In this document: piece after piece, positions 50,579 through 59,379 of the stretch
Position numbering within the stretch: position 1 is the stretch's first letter
Layout: every line of letters starts with the position of its first letter
Assembly (NCBI GenBank): GCA_040218735.1
Contig: JAVJQW010000019.1
Span: 1-64,000, forward strand
DNA: 64,000 nt
From: Deltaproteobacteria bacterium
GTDB taxonomy: Bacteria > Myxococcota > Kuafuiibacteriia > Kuafuiibacteriales > Kuafuiibacteriaceae
Reading direction: 5' to 3'
Program-made: the position numbers and the translations under genes
Notes under the pieces: model-generated
The model's input: the letters and a program-made list of their open reading frames with translations, nothing else
Databases searched by the model: none
Told to the model about the DNA's origin: nothing

Positions 50579-51789
50579 GACGCCGCCGGCGAACGCGGCG
50601 CGAGGCGCTCCACGCGAGAGAGATCCGCGAGCGCATCCCGACAACGCTCCGCCTCGACGCGCAACGCACCGCGGAGCGCGATGACGTCGGGATCGTCGAT
50701 CGCGATCCGATCGAGCTGCGCGAGCATCGAACGCCGATCCGTGAGCGCGAGGATCCGACGCACCTCCGCCGTGAGCTCCCGCTCCGCGAGCCGCTGCGTC
50801 CCGAGCTCCACGAGCTCCCGCACCGCGCGCGGCCGGTACGCGGGCAACGTTCGACGCAGGCCCTTCGGACGCGAACGCCGCGAATCACGGAACGAAGGCG
50901 CGACCGCCGCGGGCGGCGACACCGCCGACTCCGAGCCACCGGAAGCCAACGCACCCGAAGCGGACTCCGAGCCGCCGAAAGCCAACGCACCCGAAGCGGA
51001 CTCCGAGCCACCGACGGCAACCGCACGCGACACCGACTCCGAGCCACCGGAAGCCAACGCACCCGAAGCGGACTCCGAGCCGCCGGACACGACCGCACGC
51101 GACGCCGACTCCGAGCTACCGGAAGCCACCGCAGCCGACGCCAACTCCGAGCCACCTGAAGCCAACGCACCCGAAGCGAACTCCGCGCCACCGACGGCAA
51201 CCGCACCCGAAGCGGACTCCGAGCCACCGACCACAACCGCACCCGACACCGACTCCACGCCGCCGGACGCAACCGCGCCCGACGCGGCTCCCGAACCTTC
51301 GTCCCCGGCCGCACCGGACGCGGCCGTCGGAACCTCGAACGCGGCCCCTTCGGACGGCGACGCGGCACTCGCGTCGAGCACGTGGCCGGGCCGCGACGAC
51401 TCGGCACCGCGTCGGCTCCCCGACGCCCGTGGGGGCACCGCCTCGCGTGCGCGTCGCGAGCGACCCGCCCCTTCGATCTCCGCTCCGCGCGACGACGGCT
51501 CTTCGGGTCCCGCCGCCCGCGCGATCTCCACCGCACCATCAACGGCCGGGCCGAGGGTCGGCGAGTGGGCCGGGACCGTTCGAACCGCGACGGGCTTCGG
51601 CGTACGCACCGACGTCCGCGACTGCACCAAGACCACGCCGCCTGCGATGACCATCGCAACCGCGAAGACCCACCGTCGCTGCGCGCCCCGGGCCTCGGGC
51701 GGCCCGCGACGCTCGATGCGCGCGAGCGCCTCCGGCGTCACCGGCTCGGACCGTCGCGCCGACTCGAACAACCGCTCCATCGGTGTCAT
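50536..51789 (-). CDS. Putative anti-sigma-type membrane protein with 12-aa repeats
   Basis: ATGA-coupled to the ECF sigma; one TM helix (WVFAVAMVIAGGVVLV); TPR-like C-terminus. Confidence 0.6.
   Translation of the reverse strand: MTPMERLFESARRSEPVTPEALARIERRGPPEARGAQRRWVFAVAMVIAGGVVLVQSRTSVRTPKPVAVRTVPAHSPTLGPAVDGAVEIARAAGPEEPSSRGAEIEGAGRSRRAREAVPPRASGSRRGAESSRPGHVLDASAASPSEGAAFEVPTAASGAAGDEGSGAASGAVASGGVESVSGAVVVGGSESASGAVAVGGAEFASGALASGGSELASAAVASGSSESASRAVVSGGSESASGALASGGSESVSRAVAVGGSESASGALAFGGSESASGALASGGSESAVSPPAAVAPSFRDSRRSRPKGLRRTLPAYRPRAVRELVELGTQRLAERELTAEVRRILALTDRRSMLAQLDRIAIDDPDVIALRGALRVEAERCRDALADLSRVERLAPRSPAASYASRVRRWCVAAR
50915..51286. repeat. 36-bp coding minisatellite, about 10 copies (GGSESASGALAS-like)
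   Basis: GACTCCGAGCC-type core every 36 bp from 50927 to 51251. Confidence 0.9.
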
Positions 51790-52355
51790 CGCTCCGCCTC
51801 CAGCACCCGGGCGAGCTTCTTCTTCGCGCGGTGCAATCGCACCCAAACGACGTTCGGCTCCACCTCCAACAGCGCCGCGATCTCCGGCCCGGTGAGCCCT
51901 TCGATCTCGTGCAGGATCACCACGGTGCGCAGCCGCTCACTCAGGCGATCCAGCGCCCGGTACAACCGCGCCACGTCCTGCCTCCGCGCCGCGACGACCT
52001 CGGGATCGTCGCGCTCGTCCGCGAAGTCGAGCCCCTCGTCGGAGCGCCACCACCGCCCCCACCGCGCACGACGGCGCTCCCGGCGGACGACGTTCTCCGT
52101 GATGCGGAAGAGCCAGGTGGTGATCGGCGCGTCGCCCCGGAAGTCGGCGAGCCGCGGCCGCACCACGACGAAGACCTCGTGCACCAGGTCCTCGACGTCG
52201 AGCTCCGGACCGGCGAGGCGCCCCGCCCACCGCGCGACGTCGGCGGCGTGCGCGCGGTACAGGTCTTCGAGCGCCCACGCGACGGGCGCCTCCCGGGCTC
52301 GGGGGACAGCTGCGTCCACGAGGGCTCGTGCGTCGACCCCGCCCGAACCTTTCAC
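51786..52355 (-). CDS. ECF sigma-70 factor
   Basis: VEDLVHEVF, TTWLFRIT, EGLTGPEIA, VWVRLHRAK; start uncertain (52355 or 52319). Confidence 0.9.
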   Translation of the reverse strand: MKGSGGVDARALVDAAVPRAREAPVAWALEDLYRAHAADVARWAGRLAGPELDVEDLVHEVFVVVRPRLADFRGDAPITTWLFRITENVVRRERRRARWGRWWRSDEGLDFADERDDPEVVAARRQDVARLYRALDRLSERLRTVVILHEIEGLTGPEIAALLEVEPNVVWVRLHRAKKKLARVLEAER

Positions 52356-52393
52356 GCTTTTTTCAGGGTGGCCGATCCGGGCCGCGGAGCCAA

Positions 52394-52912
52394 TCAGTCC
52401 TGCGAGCGCTGCGCCCAGGTGAAGTAGAAGTTCGACACCAGGTTCCAGGCCATCGCGACGCCGATGCCCACCAGCTGCGCCGGGTACTTCCAGATGCCAA
52501 CGTCGTCGAGCTCGAACATCCGCACGAACATGGCGGAGAGGGCCACGAACGCCGCGAGCTGGATCACCAGCCCCACCAGGCTCACCACGTTGTAACGCAC
52601 CATCCGCGCGAGGAAGCCGGCGCTCGCCTGGGCGTTGCGGTCGGAGAACGTCCACGCGTTGTTGAGCAGGAAGTTCCAGATGATGCTCACCTCGATCGCG
52701 AGCGCCGAGCTGAGCGTGCTCTTCACCCCGAACACGGCGAGCGGTTGTTTCAACGCGGCCGCGACGCGCTCGTCGACGTGCAGGACGTCCGCGAACAACC
52801 ACAGCATCCCGAGGTTGATGAACACCCCGGAGAATCCAACCGCCGCGAAGCGCCACAGGCGCGGCGACTTCAGTCGCTGGATGAAGTTCGCGAGCAAGGC
52901 CGCCCCCCGCAT
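52394..52912 (-). CDS. GtrA family membrane protein
   Basis: RFAAVGFSG, AIEVSIIWNFLLNNAWTF, WNLVSNFYFTW. Confidence 0.88.
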   Translation of the reverse strand: MRGAALLANFIQRLKSPRLWRFAAVGFSGVFINLGMLWLFADVLHVDERVAAALKQPLAVFGVKSTLSSALAIEVSIIWNFLLNNAWTFSDRNAQASAGFLARMVRYNVVSLVGLVIQLAAFVALSAMFVRMFELDDVGIWKYPAQLVGIGVAMAWNLVSNFYFTWAQRSQD

Positions 52913-52978
52913 AGGTCGGTTCGCGCTCGCGCGCCAGTCCCACGACGGGCCGCGCGGTGATACCTTCGGAGCCGCCCC

Positions 52979-54361
52979 GTGAAGATCCTGTTTTCCGCCA
53001 AGACCTGGTTCTTCCTCTGCGCGCTGTTCATCTTCTACGCGACGACGATCCCTTGGGACATCGCCCACGCCCCCACCCTCGAAGGGATCTCCTGGATTCC
53101 CGGGTGGGATGCGAAGCGGGATCGCATCTGGTCGATCCCCGACATGGTGCAAAACGTCGTGCTGTTCGGCCCGTTCGGTTTCTTCGGCTTCGTCGGCCTC
53201 GGGTTCATCCGTCGGCGCGGCGCGATCGTCGGCGCGGTGGCGATGGGTTTCCTGGGGCTCGCGTTGTCCCTCTCCGTCGAAGCGCTCCAGACGATGAGCG
53301 CCACCCGCTCACCCTCCACGACGGACCTCCTCACCAACTTCCTGGGCGCGCTCGGCGGCGGCATCGCTGCGGCGATCTACGTCGTCCACCTCGAAGCGCG
53401 CCTCGTCCGCGCGCTCCGCGAGACGGCGCGCGAACGACCGGGCCTGTTGATCCTCCTCGCGTACTTCGCGGCCATTACCCTCGGCTCGCTCGCGCCGTTC
53501 ATCCCCACCCTCGACCTGTCTACGGTGTGGGAGAACGTGAAGGCCTTTCGTGCCGATCCGTGGGGCGCCAAACCGTTCGGCGCGCTCATCACCGATGGCC
53601 TCCTCTTCGGCGCGCTCGCGTACCTCACCGCGAAGGAGCTGCCCCCTTACCTGTCGAGCAAACGTTGGATGTTCAAGTCGCAGCCGATCGCGCCCGCGAG
53701 CGCCGCGATCTTTGCGTTTGTCCTCGTCTCCGCCCTCGCCCTCGCGCTCGAAGCCGCGCAGATGATCATCATCGGCCACAGCCCGGGCCTGCAGGACGCG
53801 GTCGTCGGGATGCTGCTCGCGGGCGTCGGCGCCGGGCTCGCCGCGGGCCTCCCCGGCGGGATTCGCCCCGCCACGGAGCTCGGCGAGCTCACGCGTCGGA
53901 CGCCGTGGTTGGTGCTCGCGTTTGCGATCCTCGCGCCCACGACGCGTGCGATGTCGCCGTTCATCTTCCAGACGGTCGGGCAGGGCCTGGAGGAGATCAC
54001 CGTGTGGCAGTGGGTGCCGTTCTGGGCGCTCTTTCAGAACATCAACGTGTCCACGTTCCGGAACGTCTTCGAAGCCGCCGCCTTCTACCTCCCCCTCGGC
54101 TACGCCGTGCACGCGCTCGGCCGTCGCCCGCGCGTGGGGTTCGTGGTGTGCCTCGTGCTCGGCGAGGCGCTCGAGCTGCTGCAGATCCCCGTGGTCGGCC
54201 GGGTCTTCGACATCACCGAAGGGCTCTACGCGGGCTTGATGGGACTCGTCGGGGCGTGGATCCTCACGTCACTGTCGACCCCCGACGCCCCGACGAGACC
54301 GGCGATGAACATCGACGACGCCAAGACGATCCCGCTGCAGGCCCCCCCGATCGCGCGATGA
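52979..54361 (+). CDS. VanZ-domain membrane protein
   Basis: DMVQNVVLFGPFG, VEALQ...RSPSTTDLLTN; the VanZ-like unit recurs near the C-terminus. Confidence 0.85.
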   Translation: MKILFSAKTWFFLCALFIFYATTIPWDIAHAPTLEGISWIPGWDAKRDRIWSIPDMVQNVVLFGPFGFFGFVGLGFIRRRGAIVGAVAMGFLGLALSLSVEALQTMSATRSPSTTDLLTNFLGALGGGIAAAIYVVHLEARLVRALRETARERPGLLILLAYFAAITLGSLAPFIPTLDLSTVWENVKAFRADPWGAKPFGALITDGLLFGALAYLTAKELPPYLSSKRWMFKSQPIAPASAAIFAFVLVSALALALEAAQMIIIGHSPGLQDAVVGMLLAGVGAGLAAGLPGGIRPATELGELTRRTPWLVLAFAILAPTTRAMSPFIFQTVGQGLEEITVWQWVPFWALFQNINVSTFRNVFEAAAFYLPLGYAVHALGRRPRVGFVVCLVLGEALELLQIPVVGRVFDITEGLYAGLMGLVGAWILTSLSTPDAPTRPAMNIDDAKTIPLQAPPIAR

Positions 54362-55989
54362 CCGACGTCGACGACACGCAGACCCGCCAGGGCATCGGGC
54401 CCGGCTCCGTGGTCGACGGCCGCTACCGCGTCGTCGAGCGCCTCGGCGAGGGGGGCGTCGGCTCCGTCTTCGTCGTGGAGCACGAGCGCATGGCGAAGCG
54501 GATGGCGATGAAGATCCTCCGCCCCGAGCTCTCCGCGATCACCGAAGTCCAGGAGCGGTTCGAACGCGAAGCCCGCTCCGCGTCGCGCCTCGACGATCCG
54601 CGCATCGTCCGCGCCACCGACTTCGGCCGCGACGCCGGCGGACAGCTCTACTTCGTGATGGAGCTGGTCGACGGCAAGCCGTTGTCCGAAGCGCTGCGCG
54701 CGTCGATACCAAAAGACGAGGTGCTCGATGTCATCGACGACCTCCTCGGCGCGGTCGGCCACGCGCACGACTGCGACGTCATCCACCGCGACCTCAAACC
54801 CGACAACGTCATGGTCGTCGCGCCGGGCGGTCCGGTGCGCGTAAAGGTGCTCGACTTCGGCCTCGCGAAGATCACCGAGACCGGCGCCGACCAGACGCTC
54901 ACGCAGGCGGGCGCCGTGTTCGGGACGCCGCGTTACATGTCGCCCGAGCAGGCGGCGGCCGAGCCGGCGGATCATCGCGCGGATCTCTATGCGGTGGGCG
55001 TGATCCTCTACGAGGCGCTCGCGGGCCGCCCGCCGTTCACGGGCGCGAGCGCGATCGACGTGCTGCGCTCGCACATCACGCAGCCACCGCCGGCGATCGA
55101 CGATCTCCCCGCACCGCTGTCCGCGGTCGTGGAGCGCGCGCTCGCGAAGCGGCCCGGCGAACGGTTCCAGTCCGCGGCGGCCTTCGCCGAAGCGCTGCGC
55201 GCGGCGCGCGACACGAAGGCGGTCGCGCCCGCGCCCAAGACGAAGTCGATGCGCGCACCGGCGCCGCGTGAGCAGAGCCACGCCGTGGAGCCGAAGCAAC
55301 GTCACCCGTTGTTACTCGCTGGCATCGCGCTGTTCGGCGTGTTGGTCGCCGCGATGTTGATGATGGGCGGCGGCCCCGAGACGGTCGAGGCGGCGCTCGA
55401 CCGCGGCGACATCGCGGAGGCGCGCAAGGCCGCCGACCGCCTGGCCGCGGAGCACCCGAACGATCCCACGACGTACCTCGCGCTCGGCCACGTCGCACTC
55501 GCGGAGAAGGCGCCGAACCAGGCGCGCGACGCGTTTGCGAAGGCGCTCGACCTCGACCAGGAGATCGCGAGTGAGATCCGCTTCGCGACGACGATGATGA
55601 AGCTCGTCGAAACGGACACACCGCCGTCGAGCGACGTCGTGAAAGACATCGCCGCGACCGGCGGCCTCGGCTCGGTCCCGTTCCTCGCGGAGGTGTTCGC
55701 CAAGAGCCCGTCGGCGTCGGTGCGCCGCCGCGCCTACGCGGGCCTCGAACGCCTCGAGTCCGCCGCGCAGGCCCCGAAGCGCATCGCCACGCTGATCGAC
55801 GACCTCGCGAAGGTCCCCACCCGAAGCTGCGAAGTCCGCCGCTGGTACGTGCGGCGCCTCCTCGACATCGAGGACCCGAAGGTCGACGAAGCGATCGAAA
55901 GGGAGCGCAACCGCAGCGGCGCGCTCCCGTTCATCCCGGTGAACGGCTGCATGGAAAAAGAGCTCCGCGCCGGCGTCAAGAAAGAGTAG
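54358..55989 (+). CDS. Membrane Ser/Thr protein kinase with a TPR/HEAT-like C-terminus
   Basis: LGEGGVG, HRDLKPDN, DFGLAK, GTPRYMSPEQ, TM helix; ATGA overlap with vanZ. Confidence 0.95.
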   Translation: MTDVDDTQTRQGIGPGSVVDGRYRVVERLGEGGVGSVFVVEHERMAKRMAMKILRPELSAITEVQERFEREARSASRLDDPRIVRATDFGRDAGGQLYFVMELVDGKPLSEALRASIPKDEVLDVIDDLLGAVGHAHDCDVIHRDLKPDNVMVVAPGGPVRVKVLDFGLAKITETGADQTLTQAGAVFGTPRYMSPEQAAAEPADHRADLYAVGVILYEALAGRPPFTGASAIDVLRSHITQPPPAIDDLPAPLSAVVERALAKRPGERFQSAAAFAEALRAARDTKAVAPAPKTKSMRAPAPREQSHAVEPKQRHPLLLAGIALFGVLVAAMLMMGGGPETVEAALDRGDIAEARKAADRLAAEHPNDPTTYLALGHVALAEKAPNQARDAFAKALDLDQEIASEIRFATTMMKLVETDTPPSSDVVKDIAATGGLGSVPFLAEVFAKSPSASVRRRAYAGLERLESAAQAPKRIATLIDDLAKVPTRSCEVRRWYVRRLLDIEDPKVDEAIERERNRSGALPFIPVNGCMEKELRAGVKKE

Positions 55990-56127
55990 AGCCCGCAGCC
56001 GGCATTCACACTCCGCCGCCGCGGCAAAGTCGGAGCGCCTCTTCCTGCGAGCTGCAACCTGCCGCCTGCAGGCCCCGGCGGTAGCCCCTCGCCGACGCCG
56101 GGCGCGACCATCGCGCTGCGCCCGAAG

Positions 56128-56928
56128 CTACACGTCAGGCTTCTTCGCCCGCATCCCGATCCAGCCTTCGCCGTTGATCCACGGCGTCCGCTTCACCAGC
56201 GGGTGCAGCGCCGGGTCCGTGCGCAGCGGCTCCACCAACCCGGCGCGCTGCAACCAGGCATGCACCTCCGGCTCGCGGTACTGGTAGCGGTACGGCGTGT
56301 ACATCGCGTCGAGCACTTCGTAGCGGCGCAGCGGCGGGAAGCGCAGCAGGTCGAGCACCTTTCGCGTCGTCGTCTCGGGGATGATCTTGCGAAACGCACG
56401 AGCGCCCGGGATCAGGAATCCACTGAGTAGACCGCCCGCGCCGTACAGCCCGATCCACACGATGCCCCCCGGCTTGAGGATGCGGATCAGCTCGCGGAAG
56501 CCGCCCTCGGGATCCTCCGTGTGGTGCAGGACGCCGGCGGAGTAGACGACGTCGAACGTCGCGTCCTCGTACGGCAGCTCCAACACACTCGCGTGGCGCA
56601 GCTCCATCCGCTCCGCACGGTCCGGCGCGAAGCGCTCGACGAGCCTGCGCGTGTGCCCCAGCGCCTGCTCCGACAGGTCGACCCCGACCACGCGGCTCGC
56701 GCCTTCCAGCAACGACGTGTAGACCAACGCGCCGCCGCCGCACCCGGCGTCGAGGACGGCGGCGTCCTTCATGAAGCGGCCGACGGGCTCGGAGAGCTTG
56801 TAGTAGTCGAACCACATCCACTTGGCGAAGCGCTCGTATTCCTCGTCGGTAAAGAGCTCCCAAAGACCCCCGTACAGCTTCTGCGCGGCGTCTTCGTTTT
56901 CGGTCAGATTCAAGGTCGAGTCGGTCAC
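56128..56928 (-). CDS. Class I SAM-dependent methyltransferase
   Basis: VLDAGCGGG, GVDLS, FDVVYSAGVLHH, LKPGG. Confidence 0.92.
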   Translation of the reverse strand: MTDSTLNLTENEDAAQKLYGGLWELFTDEEYERFAKWMWFDYYKLSEPVGRFMKDAAVLDAGCGGGALVYTSLLEGASRVVGVDLSEQALGHTRRLVERFAPDRAERMELRHASVLELPYEDATFDVVYSAGVLHHTEDPEGGFRELIRILKPGGIVWIGLYGAGGLLSGFLIPGARAFRKIIPETTTRKVLDLLRFPPLRRYEVLDAMYTPYRYQYREPEVHAWLQRAGLVEPLRTDPALHPLVKRTPWINGEGWIGMRAKKPDV

Positions 56929-57029
56929 GAGAGCGGGAAGCCTAACCCGAGAATGGGGGACGGTCCCATGTGCGACCGAATTCTACGGGTGTTCATTCGA
57001 ACGCGATTTGTGAAAGACTAGGCCCGCCG

Positions 57030-58136
57030 ATGGTCGCGCCCAACCCGGCAATCGACGCGGTCCAACCTCAGCCCTGGGGCCGGAACTTCCTCGCGCGCCC
57101 CATCCCGCTCGCGCTCATCTTCGGCGCGTTCTTCTTCATGACGATTCCGCTGATCGTCCTGGAATCTGCGGGCGCGTTCGAAGGCTGGCGCCTCTCCCCC
57201 ACGTTCCTGTTCGTGGCGGTCTTCGGGATGAGCCACTTCCTCATCACGTTCCCGATCTACCTCAACAAGACGAACATCGAGCACTTCGTCAGCCGGCCGC
57301 GCTACTTCGTCCTGCACTTCGTGGTGCCCGTCGCGCTGATCGGCGTCATCGCGCTCGGCTACTACCTACAGACCTGGAACCGCGGTTACAGCGCCGTCGC
57401 CATCTTCGGGTTCTGGCTCTTCCTCGGGCTACGCGGGCTCGACTTCTACCACGTCGTCCGCCAGAGCTTCGGCGTCCTCGAGCTCACGAAGGGTCAAGCG
57501 AAGCTGAAGATCCCACCGCACACCAAGGTCATGGCGAAGGCCCTCTTCATGACGTTCTTCTGCCTGCAGATGCACACGTTCATGAACGGCAAGACGTTCA
57601 CGGCCGAACCGCTCTCCGTCGGGCTGTGCGTCCTCGCCGGCGCCCTCTTCCTCGGGCTCCTCGCCTACTACGTTCGAAACCTCCTGGCGGTCGACGCGGA
57701 GGACCGAAGCTACGCGCTGATCCCGATCGCGTACCTCGTCTGCCAAGGCAGCTGCGCCGCGCTCGCGGTGTGGCGCACCGAGTTCTACCTGGCCGCGCTC
57801 GGGATGCATTACATGGAGTACCACATCCTCATGCAGCCCCGCGTCTTCGCGCACCTCCGCGAAGACGAGTCCGTCGGCGATCGTCTGATGGGGATGTTCA
57901 AGCGCAACCAGTGGGTCTTCTACGTCGGCCTGATCGCGCTGAGCCTGTTCATCTACTGCGGCCCCCGCGTCGCGAACGGCTTCGAGCATCCGCTCGGCGG
58001 CAGCGGCTGGATCTACTGGGTCTTCGTCATCCAATCGATCATCGGCTCACTCCACTTCTACGTGGATTCACTGCTGTGGCGCTTCTCGAACCCCTTCTAC
58101 CGAAAGACGCTCGGCCCCCTCTACTTCACGGGATGA
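57030..58136 (+). CDS. Polytopic membrane protein with spaced conserved His
   Basis: SHF, YHVVRQSFG, HYMEYH, LHFYVD..LWRF. Confidence 0.8.
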   Translation: MVAPNPAIDAVQPQPWGRNFLARPIPLALIFGAFFFMTIPLIVLESAGAFEGWRLSPTFLFVAVFGMSHFLITFPIYLNKTNIEHFVSRPRYFVLHFVVPVALIGVIALGYYLQTWNRGYSAVAIFGFWLFLGLRGLDFYHVVRQSFGVLELTKGQAKLKIPPHTKVMAKALFMTFFCLQMHTFMNGKTFTAEPLSVGLCVLAGALFLGLLAYYVRNLLAVDAEDRSYALIPIAYLVCQGSCAALAVWRTEFYLAALGMHYMEYHILMQPRVFAHLREDESVGDRLMGMFKRNQWVFYVGLIALSLFIYCGPRVANGFEHPLGGSGWIYWVFVIQSIIGSLHFYVDSLLWRFSNPFYRKTLGPLYFTG

Positions 58137-58200
58137 GACACACCTTTCGGGCCGTGTCATACAAGTTGATCGCTCGCGATCGGATCATTACGCTGCTGTC

Positions 58201-59379
58201 GTGCAGAGCAACGTTTGGTTGAGGTCGCGCGCCTACGACCTGTTCTTCCTCCACGCCGGCCTGTGGACGATGTTGATCGTGATTCCCCTCGCGGGGAACG
58301 ACGTCCTCAAACCGTTCCACTTCACGCTCGGCGTGCTCTTCTGGATCGGCCACCGCCTCGCGACCGCGTACCTCGCGTTCTGCCAGCAGGCGTATCAGGA
58401 GCTGCTCGTCGAACAACGCACACGCTTCGTCACGGTGCCGCTCGTGTTCACCGTCGTCGTGTTCGTGATGCTCCTGATCCCGGAGTCGATCCTCCCGATC
58501 CCGCTGTTGTACCGCGTGCTCCCGCTCGCCGTGCTCGACTTCGCCTGGGAGTTCTATCACTTCACGATGCAGCACTACGGCGTCGTGTCCGTGTACCGCA
58601 TTCGCGCGCAGCAAGATCCCGGCGCCGTCCAGGAGAAACGCCTCGAGAAGATCTTCTGCATGACCGTGTTCGGCGGCGGCATCCCCGCGGCCGTCGTCTA
58701 CCACTCGCTCGTCACGCTCTCCGCGAACAACGCCGACTTCATCGTCCCCGGCTGGGCCATCCAGACGTTCCGCTTCCTCGCGATCGCGTTTGCGCTCGGC
58801 TTCACCGCGCGCATGGTGATCAAGGAGCTGTCGATCGCCAACACGTCGATGCCGAAGATCATGTACATGATCGCCGTCGGCGTCCCGGTGTCGCTCGCGC
58901 TCATCCTCGACAGCATGGCGCCCGCGCTCCTCGTGCTCGCCATCCAGCACTGGCTCGTCGCGGTCGGCATCAGCGCGCACATGGCGTCGGGCACCGGCCC
59001 GGTCCGCAAGGCGCCGAACGCCTGGTACCGCTTCTGGGGCTTCGTGAACCGCACGCCGTTCCGCGTGCTCGTGGTGATGTGCATCTTCTCCGCGGTGCTC
59101 GCGCCGGTCATGGAGTTCTCGGACGTCGAGCGCCGACTCGCCGTGAAGACATGGCGCGGCATGTTCTCGCCGACGATGACCGAGCGCTCGTACGTGTACT
59201 GGGGCGAGATGTACCTCGACTGGTTCTCGGGCCTCGGCGAGCACACCGTCCTGATGTTCTTCGTCGCCGCGGGCTTCTCGTTCGGCTTCGTCCACTACCT
59301 GATGGACCGCGCGATCTTCCGCTTCTCGAACGCCGCCACGCGCCGGAGCAGCCTCCCCCTCCTCCTCGGCCGCGGCTGA
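58201..59379 (+). CDS. Polytopic membrane protein, distant paralog of the preceding gene
   Basis: GHR, YHFTMQHYG, QHWL, VHYLMD..IFRF. Confidence 0.8.
   Translation: MQSNVWLRSRAYDLFFLHAGLWTMLIVIPLAGNDVLKPFHFTLGVLFWIGHRLATAYLAFCQQAYQELLVEQRTRFVTVPLVFTVVVFVMLLIPESILPIPLLYRVLPLAVLDFAWEFYHFTMQHYGVVSVYRIRAQQDPGAVQEKRLEKIFCMTVFGGGIPAAVVYHSLVTLSANNADFIVPGWAIQTFRFLAIAFALGFTARMVIKELSIANTSMPKIMYMIAVGVPVSLALILDSMAPALLVLAIQHWLVAVGISAHMASGTGPVRKAPNAWYRFWGFVNRTPFRVLVVMCIFSAVLAPVMEFSDVERRLAVKTWRGMFSPTMTERSYVYWGEMYLDWFSGLGEHTVLMFFVAAGFSFGFVHYLMDRAIFRFSNAATRRSSLPLLLGRG

Noticed and set aside
50915-51286. CRISPR array (36-bp period)
   Set aside because: Units are contiguous with no spacers and encode an in-frame peptide repeat.
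52957-54357. 1010-aa kinase with a long N-terminal extension
   Set aside because: The first ~467 aa are Arg/Pro-rich off-frame read-through over vanZ; the kinase starts at ATG 54358.
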